Origin: Lama glama
Taxonomy: Eukaryota
NCBI GenBank assembly: GCA_028534125.1
Contig: CM052817.1
Span: 106,084,001 to 106,148,000 of the forward strand
Direction of reading: 5' to 3'
DNA length: 64,000 nt
The translations under genes were made by a program, and so were the position numbers. Below are positions 39,283 through 52,984 of this stretch, in pieces. The notes under the pieces were generated by a model. It ran no database searches. It had not been told where the DNA came from and saw only the letters and a program-made list of their open reading frames with translations. The first letter of the stretch is position 1. Each line of letters opens with the position of its first letter.

Positions 39283-40205
39283 TTTTTATTGATTGATTGA
39301 TTGATTGTTGATTTCCAATGTTGTGTCACTTTCTGGTGTACAACATAGTGATTCAGTTATATATATATATATCCTTTTTCATTACAGGTCACTACAAGCT
39401 ATTGAATACAGTTCCCTGTGCTATGCAGTGCATCCTTATTGTTTATCTATTTTATATACAGTAGTGTGTATCTGCCAATCTCAAACTCCCAATGTATTCC
39501 TCCCCAACATTTCCCCCAGTAATAAGTTTCTTTTCTATGCCTGTGAGTCTTTTTCTGTTTCGTAAATAAGTTTGTTTGTGTCTTTTTATTAGATTCCACA
39601 TATAAGCAATATCATATTTTCACTTTTCATTTTTTCTGACTTACTTCACTTAGAATGATCATCTATGGGTCCATCCATGTTGCTGCAAATGGCATTATTT
39701 TATTCTTTCTTATGGCTCTGTAGTATTCCAATGTATAAATATACCACAGTTTCTTTATCCAGTCATTTGTCGATGGACCTTTAGACTGTTTCCATGTCTT
39801 GGCTATTGTAAACAGTGCTGCTGTGAACATTGGGGTGCAGGTGTCTTTTTGAATTAGGGTTCCTTCTGAATATATGCCCAGAAGTGGGATTGCTGGGTCA
39901 TATAGTAAGTCTGTTCCTAGTCTTTTGAGGAATCTCCATACTGTTTTCCACAGTGGCTGCACCAAACTGCATTCCCACCATCAGTGTAGGAAGGTTCCCT
40001 TTTCTCCACACCCTCTCCAGCATTTATTATTTGTAGACTTTTTAAGATGGACATTCTGGTGGTGTGAGGTGATACCTCATTGCAGTTTTGATTTCCATTT
40101 CTCTGATAACTAGTGATGCTGAGCATTCTTTCATGTGTCCATTGGCCATTTATATGTCTTCATTGGAGAAGTGTTTGTTTAGGTCTTCTGCCCATTTTTT
40201 GATTG
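39283..40205 (-). mobile_element. Young L1 3' portion including the ORF2 C-terminus
   Basis: ORF 39663-39965 [15 protein letters not shown]...[11 protein letters not shown]...CTPMFTAALFTIAKTWKQ is the L1 ORF2 C-terminus. Confidence 0.95.
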
Positions 40206-40469
40206 GCAGGCCCTAGCAGTCTAGAACAAGGTACCCAAATGTGTCTTCTTAACTAAGCATAGTTCTTGCCAGAGTGATGATATCTTTTATTTAGTTATTA
40301 TTGCTAACGTATCTATACAGTGTTGTGAACGTACTGACAGTTAAATGTTTTACTTTGCTATAATTTATTTCACTTTAACTTTAATTTATTTCTGCTTTCC
40401 AGAACTTTAGTTAAAGTGAAACAAATTTCCACAGGGACCATAATAATTGTTGTTAATATTATTAAGTAT

Positions 40470-40590
40470 AAATAGTTAACATTTATTGAAGCATATTATA
40501 TGTCAGACATAGTGCTAAATATTTTCAAAAGTTTTGTAAACTAAGTTTATTAGAGCATTGCACCCATTTTACAGATGAGGCCAAATGAGA
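40470..40590 (-). mobile_element. MIR fragment
   Basis: aacatttattga...cccattttacagatgagg. Confidence 0.6.
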
Positions 40591-42039
40591 CTGTCCTATC
40601 CCTTTAGTGTGAGAATGCTGCAAATTGTGCAATTTGAGTTTCCTAAATACCCTAGTTCCTGCTCATTTTCTCACTGTGGTCTTCCAGCCTCCGTGGAATG
40701 TTTGGTAATATCAATTCTAAAACTTCTCCATGTGATATAGTTAGCCCGAATATTTTTATCATCATTGTTTCTATAAAATAAGACTGTTACTGATAAAGAG
40801 TGATTAATTGAGAGGCATTTCTTCCTCCCTATGTGTACTTACAAAATCAAACTCATGAATATTACCTATGTGTATACAGACCCCAGAAACTTCATTTGTA
40901 TTACAAAGGGTGGCTATATGTGCTAGAATTTCCATTTCTGGCTTTCAAATGCCTGGCTGGGGCAAGAGTTTATTAGGAACAACTAGATTCCTAAGCCCAC
41001 CTTGATGAAATGGAAATTAGAAATGCAGCTCTCAGTTTAGGACATTTCTATATTAAATGATTATAAATGGAATAGCTGAAAAATTCCTTATGCCGAGTCT
41101 TTTTTTCGAGTGTCAAAAAATGGGGAACAGATAGATGTGGCTTCATAAATTTTCAAGAGTGAATCAACGAACACATGGTTACATCTGATGAAACTGGAAT
41201 ATATTGTTTGGATAGGCTTTATACCAGTTGGAATGGGGCAAAGGGATATCCCACATCTGTATATCTAAATCAGAGACCCATGGTAAATAGCAAATGGAAA
41301 GAAGCAACCACTGCATCTTCATGTAAGATTTATGCTCAAATGCCTACAGCTGAAGGCATCCCGTCGTAAGAAGAAAATCACGCTCCTGGGTTGTGATCGT
41401 GCCCTGCCCACGCTGTGCTCCAATTTATCTTGTCAGATGTGCATCTGTTGTTAATGCCATTAGGCTCTTTGGATTCCAAGTACACACCCTCTGCACCCTC
41501 CTAGTGTTCACTCTTCTTTGGCTAAACCAACTCAGTCTTTAAAGGTATGAGAAATCAGATCGGGGTATTAGAACTTTAATGATGCTCCCTGGCTGTGCAA
41601 TGGGATGTGCATTATTCTAGGTTACAGGCAGAGATGTCACAATAATCAGTTGTTTTTTACTACACGATTCTGACACCACATTGCCTGTAAAACTTAATAG
41701 CGGGACTTGTGTCATAGGAATCCTCTTTTACATAATTCCTCCTGTAAGTATTGGGGTGTATATAGCCCACCCCTTATCCTAGGTGTTCACCTAGCAAGAT
41801 ACTGGGGTCTAGTTTGAGGATCTGAGCAATAATTAGTCATAACCCTGCCTGGTCTCTGCTCTTTCTTTTTTTTCCTGCAGTAGGCAAAAAGCTCCTTTAT
41901 CCTTTATTAATCTCTTTTTATGGTATACCATTTCCAGACTTTTGCATCATTTCTTCAGTTTATTGATACATGTCAATAGTGCCACAATTTAATAAAAGAA
42001 GAGCACCCTGAACTATAAAGGGGCTAAGATGATCCCCAG

Positions 42040-45000
42040 TGGAAGCAAAGGTAGCTGCTAGCACACCAGTTTCATGCATCCTGACATAAAAATTCTGGCT
42101 CAGAAATAAAGGAAAGTGTGTTGCTCACAGCAGTCGCAGTGGCCAGCGTATCCGCACATCTTACATTGGTTCCTCAAGCTCTAAAACCCACTAGCACAAC
42201 GGGGTCAGGTGACATCTGCTGATGCATTGGAGCTGTGTTTCAGGAAAGGAGCTCTGAGCTTAGAGAATCCACATACTTTATCCTAGATAATAAGCATGTC
42301 TACTCTTCTCAACCGGAAGACACTAACTTATCTTACTGAGCAGGAAGCACACCTGTCCTTTCTTCTGGAGGGAAGCATTACTTTTGTCTTCCCAGAATGA
42401 AAGCATACATGTCTTTTGCTCTAGATAGAAACCCCCACTCCATCTTCCAAGGCTCTGAAACTACACCAACACCCTTAAAACATAATCCAAAACAAAGGTG
42501 GTCAGTGTCTTTGCTCAGACGACTTACAGAAATGGGAGACTACCATTGAGAATTCCCTGACAAAAATACCCCACTCATTTCTACATCCTCTTAGCTTCCG
42601 GTAGATTTCTCTGTCTGAGTGTGTATGTCATGAGCCATTCGGATTGATCTGACAGATAGCCTGGAACCAAATCCACTTAATCTCTATCTCTTTCAGCATT
42701 TAGTTAAAGCTACTGTCAACAGGATGAGGCAGGCTATCCTGCAGTATTAACCTCAATCAAGTTCCCCAGAGCTACAAAACCAACCAGCTGAACACGTCTC
42801 ATAAACTCTCAGGGACTATCTTGCAAAACCAGGTAGCTTTCTCCTTAAGTTTCCATATTGACCTTTCTCCCAGAGCCAAGGCATTAATCTGGGTTTAATA
42901 ATACGTGGTAATAATTGTACAGATTCTGCCTTGACCCTCAAGGAGCACACTCAGGGCAACCTAAGTGCCTACAACAAACCTGTCCAATAAGCTGAGGCTG
43001 ATCTAAATGCCTTCTCAGGCCAAGTCGGTGTTGCTGATCATGTTAGCCAAAGCTAGGGTTCAATTTCACAGCATCTTTTCTAATTGGATGCTTACCATTG
43101 TGGAGATAACTACCTGCTGAAACAATGAATCTGTTATTTCTCCAAGAAGCTGGTCCAATTAACCAAGCCTCCTTTTGGAGAGTTAACCACAAGACTTATC
43201 AGTGTGAGGTGATTTACTCATTGCATGTTTTTTGAATCCTTGATGGTATCTTATGACCACCACTGGGGTGCACATCTCAGTATTTTCAGGAGTGAGTTAA
43301 ATTAATGCTTGGCTTTGAAACAAAACAGTATAACCCTGAGGGTATACAAGTTGCCCTGGAAATAAAGTTTGTTTAAAATTATTGCCCCTCTTCAGCAATG
43401 TTTACAGCAGCATTATGTACAACAGCTAAGACATGGAAACAACCTAAAAGTTCATTGACAGATGACTGGATAAAGAAGTTGTGGTTTATTTGTACAATGG
43501 AATACTACTCAGTCATAAAAAAGAATGAAATAATATAATTTGCAGCAACAGAGATGGACCTCAAGATTGTCTTTTTAAGTGAAGTAAGCCAGAAAGAGAA
43601 AGAAAAACAGCATATGGTATCACTCATATGTGGAATCTAAAAAAAAAAAAAAGACATGAATGTATTTACAAAACAGAAAGAGACTCACAGACATAGAAAC
43701 TAAACTTATGATTACCAGGGGGAAAGGGGTTGGGAAGGGATAAACTGGAAGTTTGAAATTTGCAGATACTAACTACTATATATAAAATAAACAAGAAGTT
43801 TATACTGTATAGCACAGCTCGGAACTATATTCAATATCTTGTAGTGACCTATAATGAAAAAGAATATGACATTGAATATATGTATGTGTATATCTGACTG
43901 AAACATTATGCTATACACCAGAAATTTATACAACACTGTAAACTGACTATACTTCAATTAAATAAAAAATTCAATTATCTCCCTCTTTCAAGTGGGACCT
44001 ATGTCAGTGAGGGGGCGTTGGTTGTCAGTGATTCCATCTGGCCTCTTGGACAGTCAGTAAGACTTGCATTTCCCAATTCTCTTTAGAAAAATAATGTCTA
44101 GTGCTTGATTTTGGTGTGACAATATGATGGCAATTGGTCCAATCTGTTCTGTTTGTCTATGAAACCAGCGGAGTGGCACTCATTTACCCCATGCAATGAT
44201 TGAGTGGTGACAGCTGTGGCAATGAGTGTGGGAAAAATATCTGAAAGTATTAGCAGGTGTTCTGTGTAGTTGGTGCTGGAAGAGTGGTCATTCTCTGCTG
44301 TTTCTTATAACTTACTGTTTCTCAGGAAGCTTGTGAAGAATGGAGTTTTGGTCAGTATTCTCTGACAAGCAATGGAAAATCCAGCAGTCAGTTGAATTTA
44401 AGCTGTTTGGAACTGCTTGGGAGACCCACACTGGGTGGTTTCCTGCATGAGCAAGTTTTCAGGAGTGATTCTGAAAGACACTGATCGTTAATGACCCTCT
44501 TTTCTATATGTTTTCCAGGGCCAGGGTGTTCCTTCTGTATGTGAGAGGGCTTTGCTCTTAAACTACCAATAATTAGTGTGTCTCCTTCTAACGGCTCTAA
44601 CTTCCAGCTCTCATCCAGCTCTTTGGTTTGAAAGAGTCCGATGCCAGAAACCTAAGGCCATTCTTATCAAACAAATAGAGATTGATCATGTCCCACACTT
44701 TGGCCAACATAGGCAATTGAGGTGCTTTTGGTGATCAGTGTACTCCATCAAATGGTCATTTCCATTATGATTATCAGAATTAAATTTGAATCCTCTAGAT
44801 CTCCCTTGGGCCAAGGTATCACTCAGAGTTATTGTTAAGGAAAGAAAGAAACATTAGGCTGTGATGGAATCCCCAAACTTCAAAGTAGCTCTTTATAACC
44901 CTCAAATCCTTTTATTCTGATCATGATCTAGGAATTGGCTTAGCAGAAACCATCCTTTTCTGGAAACAGCCACACTCATTGACCACCATGAAGTACTAAG

Positions 45001-45990
45001 TTGTGTACTAGGAGGATGTGAAGGAGGCAGGCTTAGAAATATTTTAGGGTCAATTTCTGAAGATGACGTTTTAATGTTTAATAAACCCTATGGATGCTTT
45101 GGATGGTTCACTTTTATCAGCCCATTTCAGAGTGACTTTTGTGATGAAAAGCCACCATTGTCAGACTGCAAATAGTACAGGAGTCTGAAAAGCACAAACA
45201 TATCAGTTTCACCCAGTGACAACTGTAAAATCATCTGATTGGATTGGAGCATCTGTGTTTAACCTGAAATAATGTGAACAATTGAGGCCCCCAGAATAGC
45301 TCCAAAGGAGGAATAAAAGACAGAACTAGGCAACTGCAAGGAGCAAGTGAAGTCCACACCTCTTGCAATGTGGCCACTGGCACCATGAGAAAAATGGGTC
45401 AACTTTTGGCTACAGCCACAGTCTAGCATGCAAGGTCACCTCCATGTTGGAAACCTAGAGGGGTTCACTTTGCTGCTAGTACATGAGGTTGGATTTCTCG
45501 TCACGCTGTATCTGATGATGGATCCAGTCACCATAATGCCTGGAGAGTGAGTCGGGGACATTCTAGGAAGAGGAGTCTCGATTCCATTCCATCTCATCAG
45601 AGGCTGGTCTTTACATGAATGTCTGCATGTGTATCCCAATGCAGGTTATCTTTTATCTGCTGGTAGTTTCCCAAGGGGCAGACCAAATAGGTAGACCACT
45701 AGGAAAAGCCCAAGAGACACTAAAAAAATACAACAGATTTCATTAAAAGGGCTGTTGGCGAGTACTGTAAGAATGGTCCCCAGTTTGTCCACTGAGCAGA
45801 GTGACTACACCTGTTTTTGTTTCTGCGTGGCTAGTGCTGAGTTTGAAGAGGCATGGCAGCCCTGTGGACACCACTGATAATCTGCTTATTCCCCCTGACT
45901 TAAAATAAAGGCCAGGGGAGGTTTCCAAGATGGCAAGACTCACCACTCTAAGGAAGAACTGTCCCAGATCACTTTGCGCCACTGTCTCAT
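42040..45990 (-). mobile_element. Ancient ERV relic: LTR (about 42040-42562), env TM remnant (about 42730-43150) and further internal sequence
   Basis: Minus frame QLEKML*N*TLALANMISNT...VALSVLLEGQGRICTI...TQINA...KLKEKATW resembles a gamma-type TM heptad repeat, ISD and CX6CC region, with many stops. Confidence 0.75.
43393..43970 (+). mobile_element. Young L1 3' end inserted into the ERV relic
   Basis: aatgtttacagcagca...atacttcaattaaataaaaa; imperfect TSD aattat(tg/ct)ccctct. Confidence 0.9.
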
Positions 45991-46019
45991 TCTCTAGTGT
46001 CTTTGTGATGTCGATGGAA

Positions 46020-46462
46020 GTGATGAATGGATAAACAAATTAGTATGCCCATAACGGTGCAATGCTGCTTCAGAATTAAAAGTAATAAATATTTGATACA
46101 TGCTACAGACTGAATAAATCTCAAAATACTTATGCTGAGTGAAAGATGGCAGACCTAAAAGACTGTATACTGCATGATTATAAATAAAAGTCATTACTTA
46201 CCTAAAGTATTTAAATAAAATAAACTGTCCACTAACCTATAGTGACAGAAAGCTCTTCAGTGGTCTCCTGGCAACTGGCAGGAAGGAAGCTGGGAGAGCT
46301 TATAAACAGACTTGAGGAAACTTTTAGGATTGGTGATGTTTTAATTATCTTAATTGTGGTGATTATTTCAGGCATATTCAGATGCCACAACTTACCAATT
46401 GTACATTTTAAATGTGTTCAATTTATTATATGTCAATTATACTGCAATAAAGCATTTTAAAA
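46020..46462 (+). mobile_element. Old L1MB/ME 3' end
   Basis: gaatggataaacaaat...atgctgagtgaaaga...caattatactgcaataaagc. Confidence 0.8.
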
Positions 46463-48009
46463 GCTATTGGAAGGGTAACAAAGAAAACGACATGGTGAAG
46501 AGAATTTAGAAAGAGTGCTATAAATAGGTAAGTAAAAAAAGAGACATATTCACACATACCATTCTAACTACAACTGCTCTGACAAATGCAATTTTAAAAA
46601 CTAGCTCTTTTTCACGGTTGACTTAGGGGTCATGAAAAATACAATGTTAATACAGAAGGTTATAGAAGTCAATAAACCTTTCAGTGAGTGATCAAAGATA
46701 CAGATCTTTATTCAACACGAATTCAGATAAAATGGTGAAGACAATATGAGAACTTCCAGAAGTTCAAACTGCCCTGTTCACAGTTATCTTTGTGTTATAC
46801 ATGTGTGACTGTGTGGGTGGGAGAAGTGTGGTGCCCGTACATGGATCTGTCATCTTTCTGTCTTTATGTTTAATAGGTTAAATTTTGCAGGAAACAGAAG
46901 TGTAGATTTGCATGTCTCTTCTGGCAAAGACTATACTTAAAATGGTCTTGAGCCACTGAGTGGTTGGCCATCACTTCCTGAATCCGGGAAATGAGTGTGT
47001 AAGGACTGGGATGGGCGGCTTGGTATCTGAGGCAACCACGAAGTCTATCCCTTAGGTCACTTGGAAGCATTGATTCCTGTCATAAATTCACCCATCTGAA
47101 AGTTGTCCAGAGATCCTGGGTGGTCTCTTTTCCTAAGGAAATTTATAAAACTTGGTGGGATGGGCTGCAGACTTGGCCACTGCACCTAATCTCACCATGG
47201 AGCTGACACTCATTCTCTTCCCCTTTCTCGTACCCATTCCAGGGTCCCTCCTCTGCCTGTCCAGGTGGCTGTGGCCGGCATGAATCTGGTCTTTACTCAG
47301 CCCTCTCCTTAAAAGCACCCACTACAAGTAAGGTGGGTGCCTGGCAGCTGTCAGCAGCCACACCTATGGTTTCATTTCAGCATCTCCCCTGAGGCTGTGC
47401 TCTCTGGACTCCTTCCTCACGTGACTGCGCATAGCTGGGGCACTGGAGCGGAGGGGAGCCTCCACTGAAAGGTTTCGTGCTCTGGAACTTTGCATCAGCC
47501 TACTTGTGTCTTTTTGGAGCTCTGCTGCTGTTAGAGACCCTTCCTCCACCACCCTCCTTCCTTCCACCTCTTCTTTCACATTTGTCAGACCTGCTACCTC
47601 TCCCCTTCATCCTTTATAGAAATACCCCACACCCCTTCTCAAAGCCATTGAATGTTGAATTCTTTCTTGTTGTTTCCTTCTTAGAAAATGTAAATGAACA
47701 GAGATTACTTGGCTTTGGAGTGACTCAGATACTCATCTCTGAGGGTTCTGAGTCATTAGCTGGTATTCGCTTCTTAAAATTGTTGCATATGTCTATTGAC
47801 TGTTGAGTTTGCAATAAACGCCCATTTCATCACCTGGATGCTTAATGTATTCTTCCTTGCTTCTACTGTGTAATAGATGCCCTACCTCCTATAGACGATC
47901 AGAAAAAAAAATCACTCCTGCCTGGGTATAGATCCCTTTCCATTCCATTCTCACCTCCTGGCATCACTGAGAAGCCTGAAGTCTTCAGGCAACACATAAA
48001 ACTTAAAAC

Positions 48010-48330
48010 ATAATGGGACAAATAAACTTGTTTATGAAACAGAAACAGACTCACAGACATAGAAAACAAACATATAGTTACAAAAGGGAAAAGGAAGGGA
48101 GGGATAAATTAGAAGTTTGGGATTAGAAGATACAAATTACTGTATATAAAATAGATAAACAACAAGGACCTATTGTATGGCACAGGGAACTAGATTCAAT
48201 ATCATATAATAACCTATAATAAAAAATAATATGTATATATAATATATGTGTGTATATGACTAAATCACTATGCTGTACTCCAGAAACTAACATAACATTG
48301 TCAATCAACTATACTTCAATAGAAAAAACG
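48010..48330 (+). mobile_element. Young L1 3' end
   Basis: acagaaacagactcacagacatagaaaacaaac...caactatacttcaatagaaaaaa. Confidence 0.9.
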
Positions 48331-48379
48331 GAGGGGGGGAATTCTTGCTGTGTCTAATAGTACTAGTGTTCTCTCTCTG

Positions 48380-51300
48380 GTAACAGGACCCATGGGTACG
48401 CAAATACTAGAGTTATAGGAATAGAAAATACAAATTACCCAAATGGACCACCAACAGTGAAGATAAGTGAAGTTTACTTTTATTTACATGCCTTGGTTCC
48501 TAGAATCATGTGTTTCTACCACTTAGAGACACAACACAATATAATGTTTATTGATCAAGTTGTAAATTGCATCTTTGAGGACGGCATCCAATCTACAAAG
48601 GGTATCATTTCCGAGCTGAAGCCTCAGTTCATGCTTGTTAAAGCTTTGTTATCATTTTATCTGATTGGAAACTTCTGGGTGGTGTGATATGTGATAGGGG
48701 AAGTGAGTCTCATGATCCTGTGCACAACATCACAGATCATTTTTAGGAATGTGAATCCTTTGGTGTGATGTATTTTTGAGGATCATGAGTCAGTGGATCT
48801 TATTCTCTATACACCCTTAAATTGTTGTGTTCCCTAAGGCTCCTTGGCCAAAAGAGGCAAACTCATATTCATAATAAATGCTATCCAGAAAGCCCCACTC
48901 CTGTTAGAGGTGAATGGTATCAGTGTAACAAACTTGTCACCATGGTTGCTCCACTCATCAATTCAATGTATCAGCACTAGGGGTGGCCAATGAAAGAAAA
49001 TGACTGATGTTAATTTCTTAGTCATTCCATATACTTTTCTTTTAATGATTTCTCTGATGGGTTTTAGTATGCACTATAAGACCAAAGACTTTCACAATTC
49101 ATGTGCACTCCTGAAAGTTTCTGCACACAGTTCTTCTACAGAACTTCCTGTCCTTTCTCTTCTAATCCTTGCTAGATGTCTAATCACAGGGCTTAGCAAC
49201 TTGGCACTGCCCATAAATCTATGTAAATTCTAGTCGTGCACCACATTTCTTTCCACAGGAAGTGGATGATCAGGTATATGGTCTTAACTTCTAATCATTG
49301 GGAGGGTTTCCCCTCACTGCTGTCTTTCAGGGCCACCTCTGAGTAGGACAGTAATACAATAGTTGTCTATTTTCAACTTGCACCCAAATGTCCAATCACC
49401 TTATCTCTGAACCAGGGCTGGTATCACTGATATCCATCAGCTGGTAGTAACACTGCCTCTCCCACCCACCATCCAACTGTAGGTGTGAACTGAACAAGTG
49501 ATTTTGTTATACATTTTTTTTTAAAATAGTGAGACACGTAAGATGCATTAATTTGAAAATGTATCACTTATTTAGGTCCCAACATGCCCCAGACAACTAG
49601 ACCCATTAAAAAATTTAATTGATCCAGTGGGTTCTGATTTTTTGTATGATTTATCACCCACCCTTGGGAGTGCCAGTGTCTTACCAAGACCTTTAGTGTT
49701 CTTGTATACTCTCTGATGTAATCAACAAGATTCCATCAATAGAAAGAAATAATGTGATATTAAGCAAAAGTGTACAGATGACACAGGCCTCTTTGATTTA
49801 CATTATTATTTGATAGTGAGCAAGAGTTAATATAACTCTGGGACAAAAATGAAATATATTCTGTTGTTTATCCCACATCCGTGAGAACTGCTTCTTGTCC
49901 ATCTCTTCATAGAGATGGAAAAAAACCCACATTCTCCAGATCAAAAGTCATATACCACATGCAGGGGGTCATGTTAATATGCTGTGACAAAGATATATTT
50001 GACTACTACTTGGTTAAGTTTTCAGTAGCCCACTGCATTGCCGAGGGTCCAAACAGCTATTCTAGTGGTCAGATTTGTGAATTAAAGAGGGATATGATGA
50101 GGATCCACGTGACTGCACATTTTACAACTTTAAGGATGGCACTGACTTCTACCATTTCTCTTGAGATGCAGCATCACTTTTGACAGAGTCAGGGGCCAGA
50201 TTCAACAGCTTCTACTTCTTTCCCAATTATGATAGCTCTTACCTCATAGGTAAATGTTGGTATTCTTAGGGCCACCAAATACCTTTATATAATTACTAAT
50301 TGTGAGACCAAGGAAATTACTGCTGTGCGGTCCACGGACACAGTGGAACTGCTATGAGGTAGACCTGGGCCAGAACACTATTTTTACAAGAACTTCACAA
50401 ACAAAAATGCTTTGCATCTCTAAGTACCCATGTCAAATTGGATCTCTGTTTGGAGTTCTCGAAATGCCTAGTATATGCCTTTCCTCAGTACACAGTTATC
50501 AGAATAAATGACCGTATGCCTCATTGGGAAAGAACATTGATCATCCTCACCTTGTGCCCTAGTGTTGAAACTGCCCTGCCCTTCAGTAAATGGGTTCTGG
50601 ATGCTAAAACGGACACATGTTTGGAAACTGTGCAGGAAATGATGATGTTTTATTGAGTTGGCTGCCCTTCACATCATAATCATTCACTCTTCATTTCTTT
50701 TGATTGCGTAAATTAAGAAATACTCTTAAAGGTTGCCTGTATATCTTGTCCCTAGGGATTCTGTGTTCTATCAGCAACCTCCAAAGTTCTCTGACTGTCT
50801 GGCTCCTGTTTCCACTCTAATATTTTCTGCTCACTTCAATAATTATACCCATCATTTATTTTAATGGATGAGTGCTACTATCTGGACACTATTATTCTGA
50901 GATCTTATCATCCTCATTGCTATAAAACAATTACCATCAGCCATGTCCTATGTAAGGAGTCACCATTGATCCAATAATGCTGTTGACCCTCCCACAGTGC
51001 TTTTCTTATTCCATCAGTAAACATGGCCTTTGGGAGAAAATAGTCAGCTGGCAGATTTTCTAGTCTTACACAGTACATCCGCATTAGTCTGTTGACTTCA
51101 TGGGGCCTCTTGATTTTGACTTCCCCCATCCAACGTGGAAGTTCTAGCATTTCTCCTATACTTTGTCTGGGCCATCCCTTTCCTCAAACTTCCAAAGCCA
51201 TCCAGGAATCAGCCCTGTATTCTAGGGTCTTTGTCAGGGTATGAAATCCATTTTCAGGAAGAATGATCCCATATGAATAGACTCTTCACTCAGCTTTATA

Positions 51301-52212
51301 TCCAACCATTCTTGGTCTAGTCTCCTTAGGACCCTGTCCCACGAACACGCCCCTGCTTCCTAACAGTGCACATTGGCTGGATCCTACATTTTCATCGAGA
51401 TATCCCTCTCATTTATTAGTAGGAGCACTGATTAGTAACATCTTCCTGGAGAGTCTATATTGAGACTTATCTTTACTTATTGATCAAATGGGCATGAAGA
51501 AGATTGGGATACATGACAAGGAGGCACAAGCTGTCTCACAAGGCAGAAGACTGTGCCTCCTCTTCAAGCAAGAGATGAGCCCTAGCCTTTAATATAAACA
51601 GCCATATTTGTCAGCCGAGAGATTAAAAAGAGAATCAGGAGATTCAGGATTTTTGACCCAGGTGTCTCCATCTTATGTTCCATCACATCTTTTTCTTTCC
51701 AGTCATGGTCTTGCCCTTGACACAGCACTCTGGATTGAGAATTTACATTTTCTGGCTTTCAGTTATCTTTCTCATTTATTCTCAGGCTTGAATGTGAGCT
51801 TTTCTGCCCTCTAGATGTGGGAGTGACTATATATTTATGTGCTGTGTTGCTTTAAATTAGTGATGAATCCTTTTAAGATTTTCATTGTCCTCCTTCTCCT
51901 CTAATGTATTAATGGCCTCAACAACAGGCCATTATCCCATTCTACAGTCCTCACAATTACTATTTCTCCTGAATTTCTTAAGTGGCTGTGAACTGAGATA
52001 TTTCACCAGCCAATGCTCCCCCCACCCCAGAATCCCATTCCAGTTTATGATCACGGAAATCTTAATGACTGCATCATTACTGCATACCAGGGCTTCTCAG
52101 TGCCCCATGTACCATCAGAGATGGGGTTCTCATTGCCAGTTGGCTAGCAAATGCTTTGGTTCCAAAATTTTCATTTCAGCATCTGCTTTTTTGGACCATA
52201 ATTTGCGCCAAC
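48380..52212 (-). mobile_element. ERVL-class internal gag-pol relic (ERV3-16A3/ERVL-like)
   Basis: Gag-like LELPRW...KRPHEV...FTDGIRKALWEG (50920-51150); degenerate RT motif ITLFLSIDGILLI near 49720-49760 (cf. ITLVHYIDDIMLI). Confidence 0.8.
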
Positions 52213-52808
52213 TAACATAGATAAGGTTCCCTGGGAAACAAACTCTGAGACAGTTATTCAAATGAAGGCAGTTTACTGAGATGAACTCACTGAAACAACA
52301 CCTGTCTGAGAGTAAGAGAAGTAAGACTGGGCAGAGAGCTCTGGCATGGCCTTTCAGACGGGGTTGCCAGATTCCGTGAATAAAAACAGAGGATGCTCAA
52401 GTTAAATCTGAATTTCTGATAGACAAGAATAAATATTTTTGGAAATATATACTTTAGTATCCTTCAGTCTGAGTATGCCACAAATACTGGATGGGACACA
52501 TTGATTCCAAAGAATTATTCATTGCTTATCTGAAATTTAAATTAACTGGATGTCTTGTATTTTTCCTGGTGAAACTACCTTCACAGTTGTCATGAATTGA
52601 GACAACAGGCCAAGTCTTTTTTCTCCCCAAATTGAAAAGTGTTTAGATGCAGGCTGCCCTGTAAAAGGGGAGTGAACTTATGTGAGGCAGGATTCTTTAG
52701 CCAAAGGCTATCCTTGGAGGTGATGCTAACTGTGAATTGTCAGCTGCCATCACTCCTGAGGGAATAAATCCTCCAGTCTGGACAGAGCATCTGGGCAGTT
52801 CTCCACAG
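52213..52808 (-). mobile_element. LTR16-like 5' LTR of the ERVL relic
   Basis: ggttccctgggaaacaaactctgaga...gagcatctgggcagttctccaca, adjacent to the gag end of the internal sequence. Confidence 0.7.
52359..52577. mobile_element. MER53-like palindromic hAT MITE
   Basis: gggttgccag...gttaaatctgaatttc / gaaatttaaattaac...ctggtgaaacta inverted arms; imperfect 8-bp TSD ctttcaga/ccttcaca. Confidence 0.78.
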
Positions 52809-52984
52809 TCTTCCTGGTTGTGTGGAGGGGAGGGGAGGAGGCCGGGAGGAGGAGAGTGGGGAGGAGAAAATGGCAGGAACTATGTCATCACCTCTCTGAA
52901 CAAGATGCACGACAGTGATCTCAGCATTTTACAGTATATAGTATGACTATAAGGTACAGTATAGTGAAAACAAACAGGAAAAAT

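Noticed and set aside
39663..39965. 100-aa ORF with protein-like composition
   Set aside because: L1 ORF2 C-terminus, not a host gene.
41183..41264. Possible additional upstream exon (AG...GTAACC)
   Set aside because: Weak donor, and no phase or motif link to the other exons could be established.
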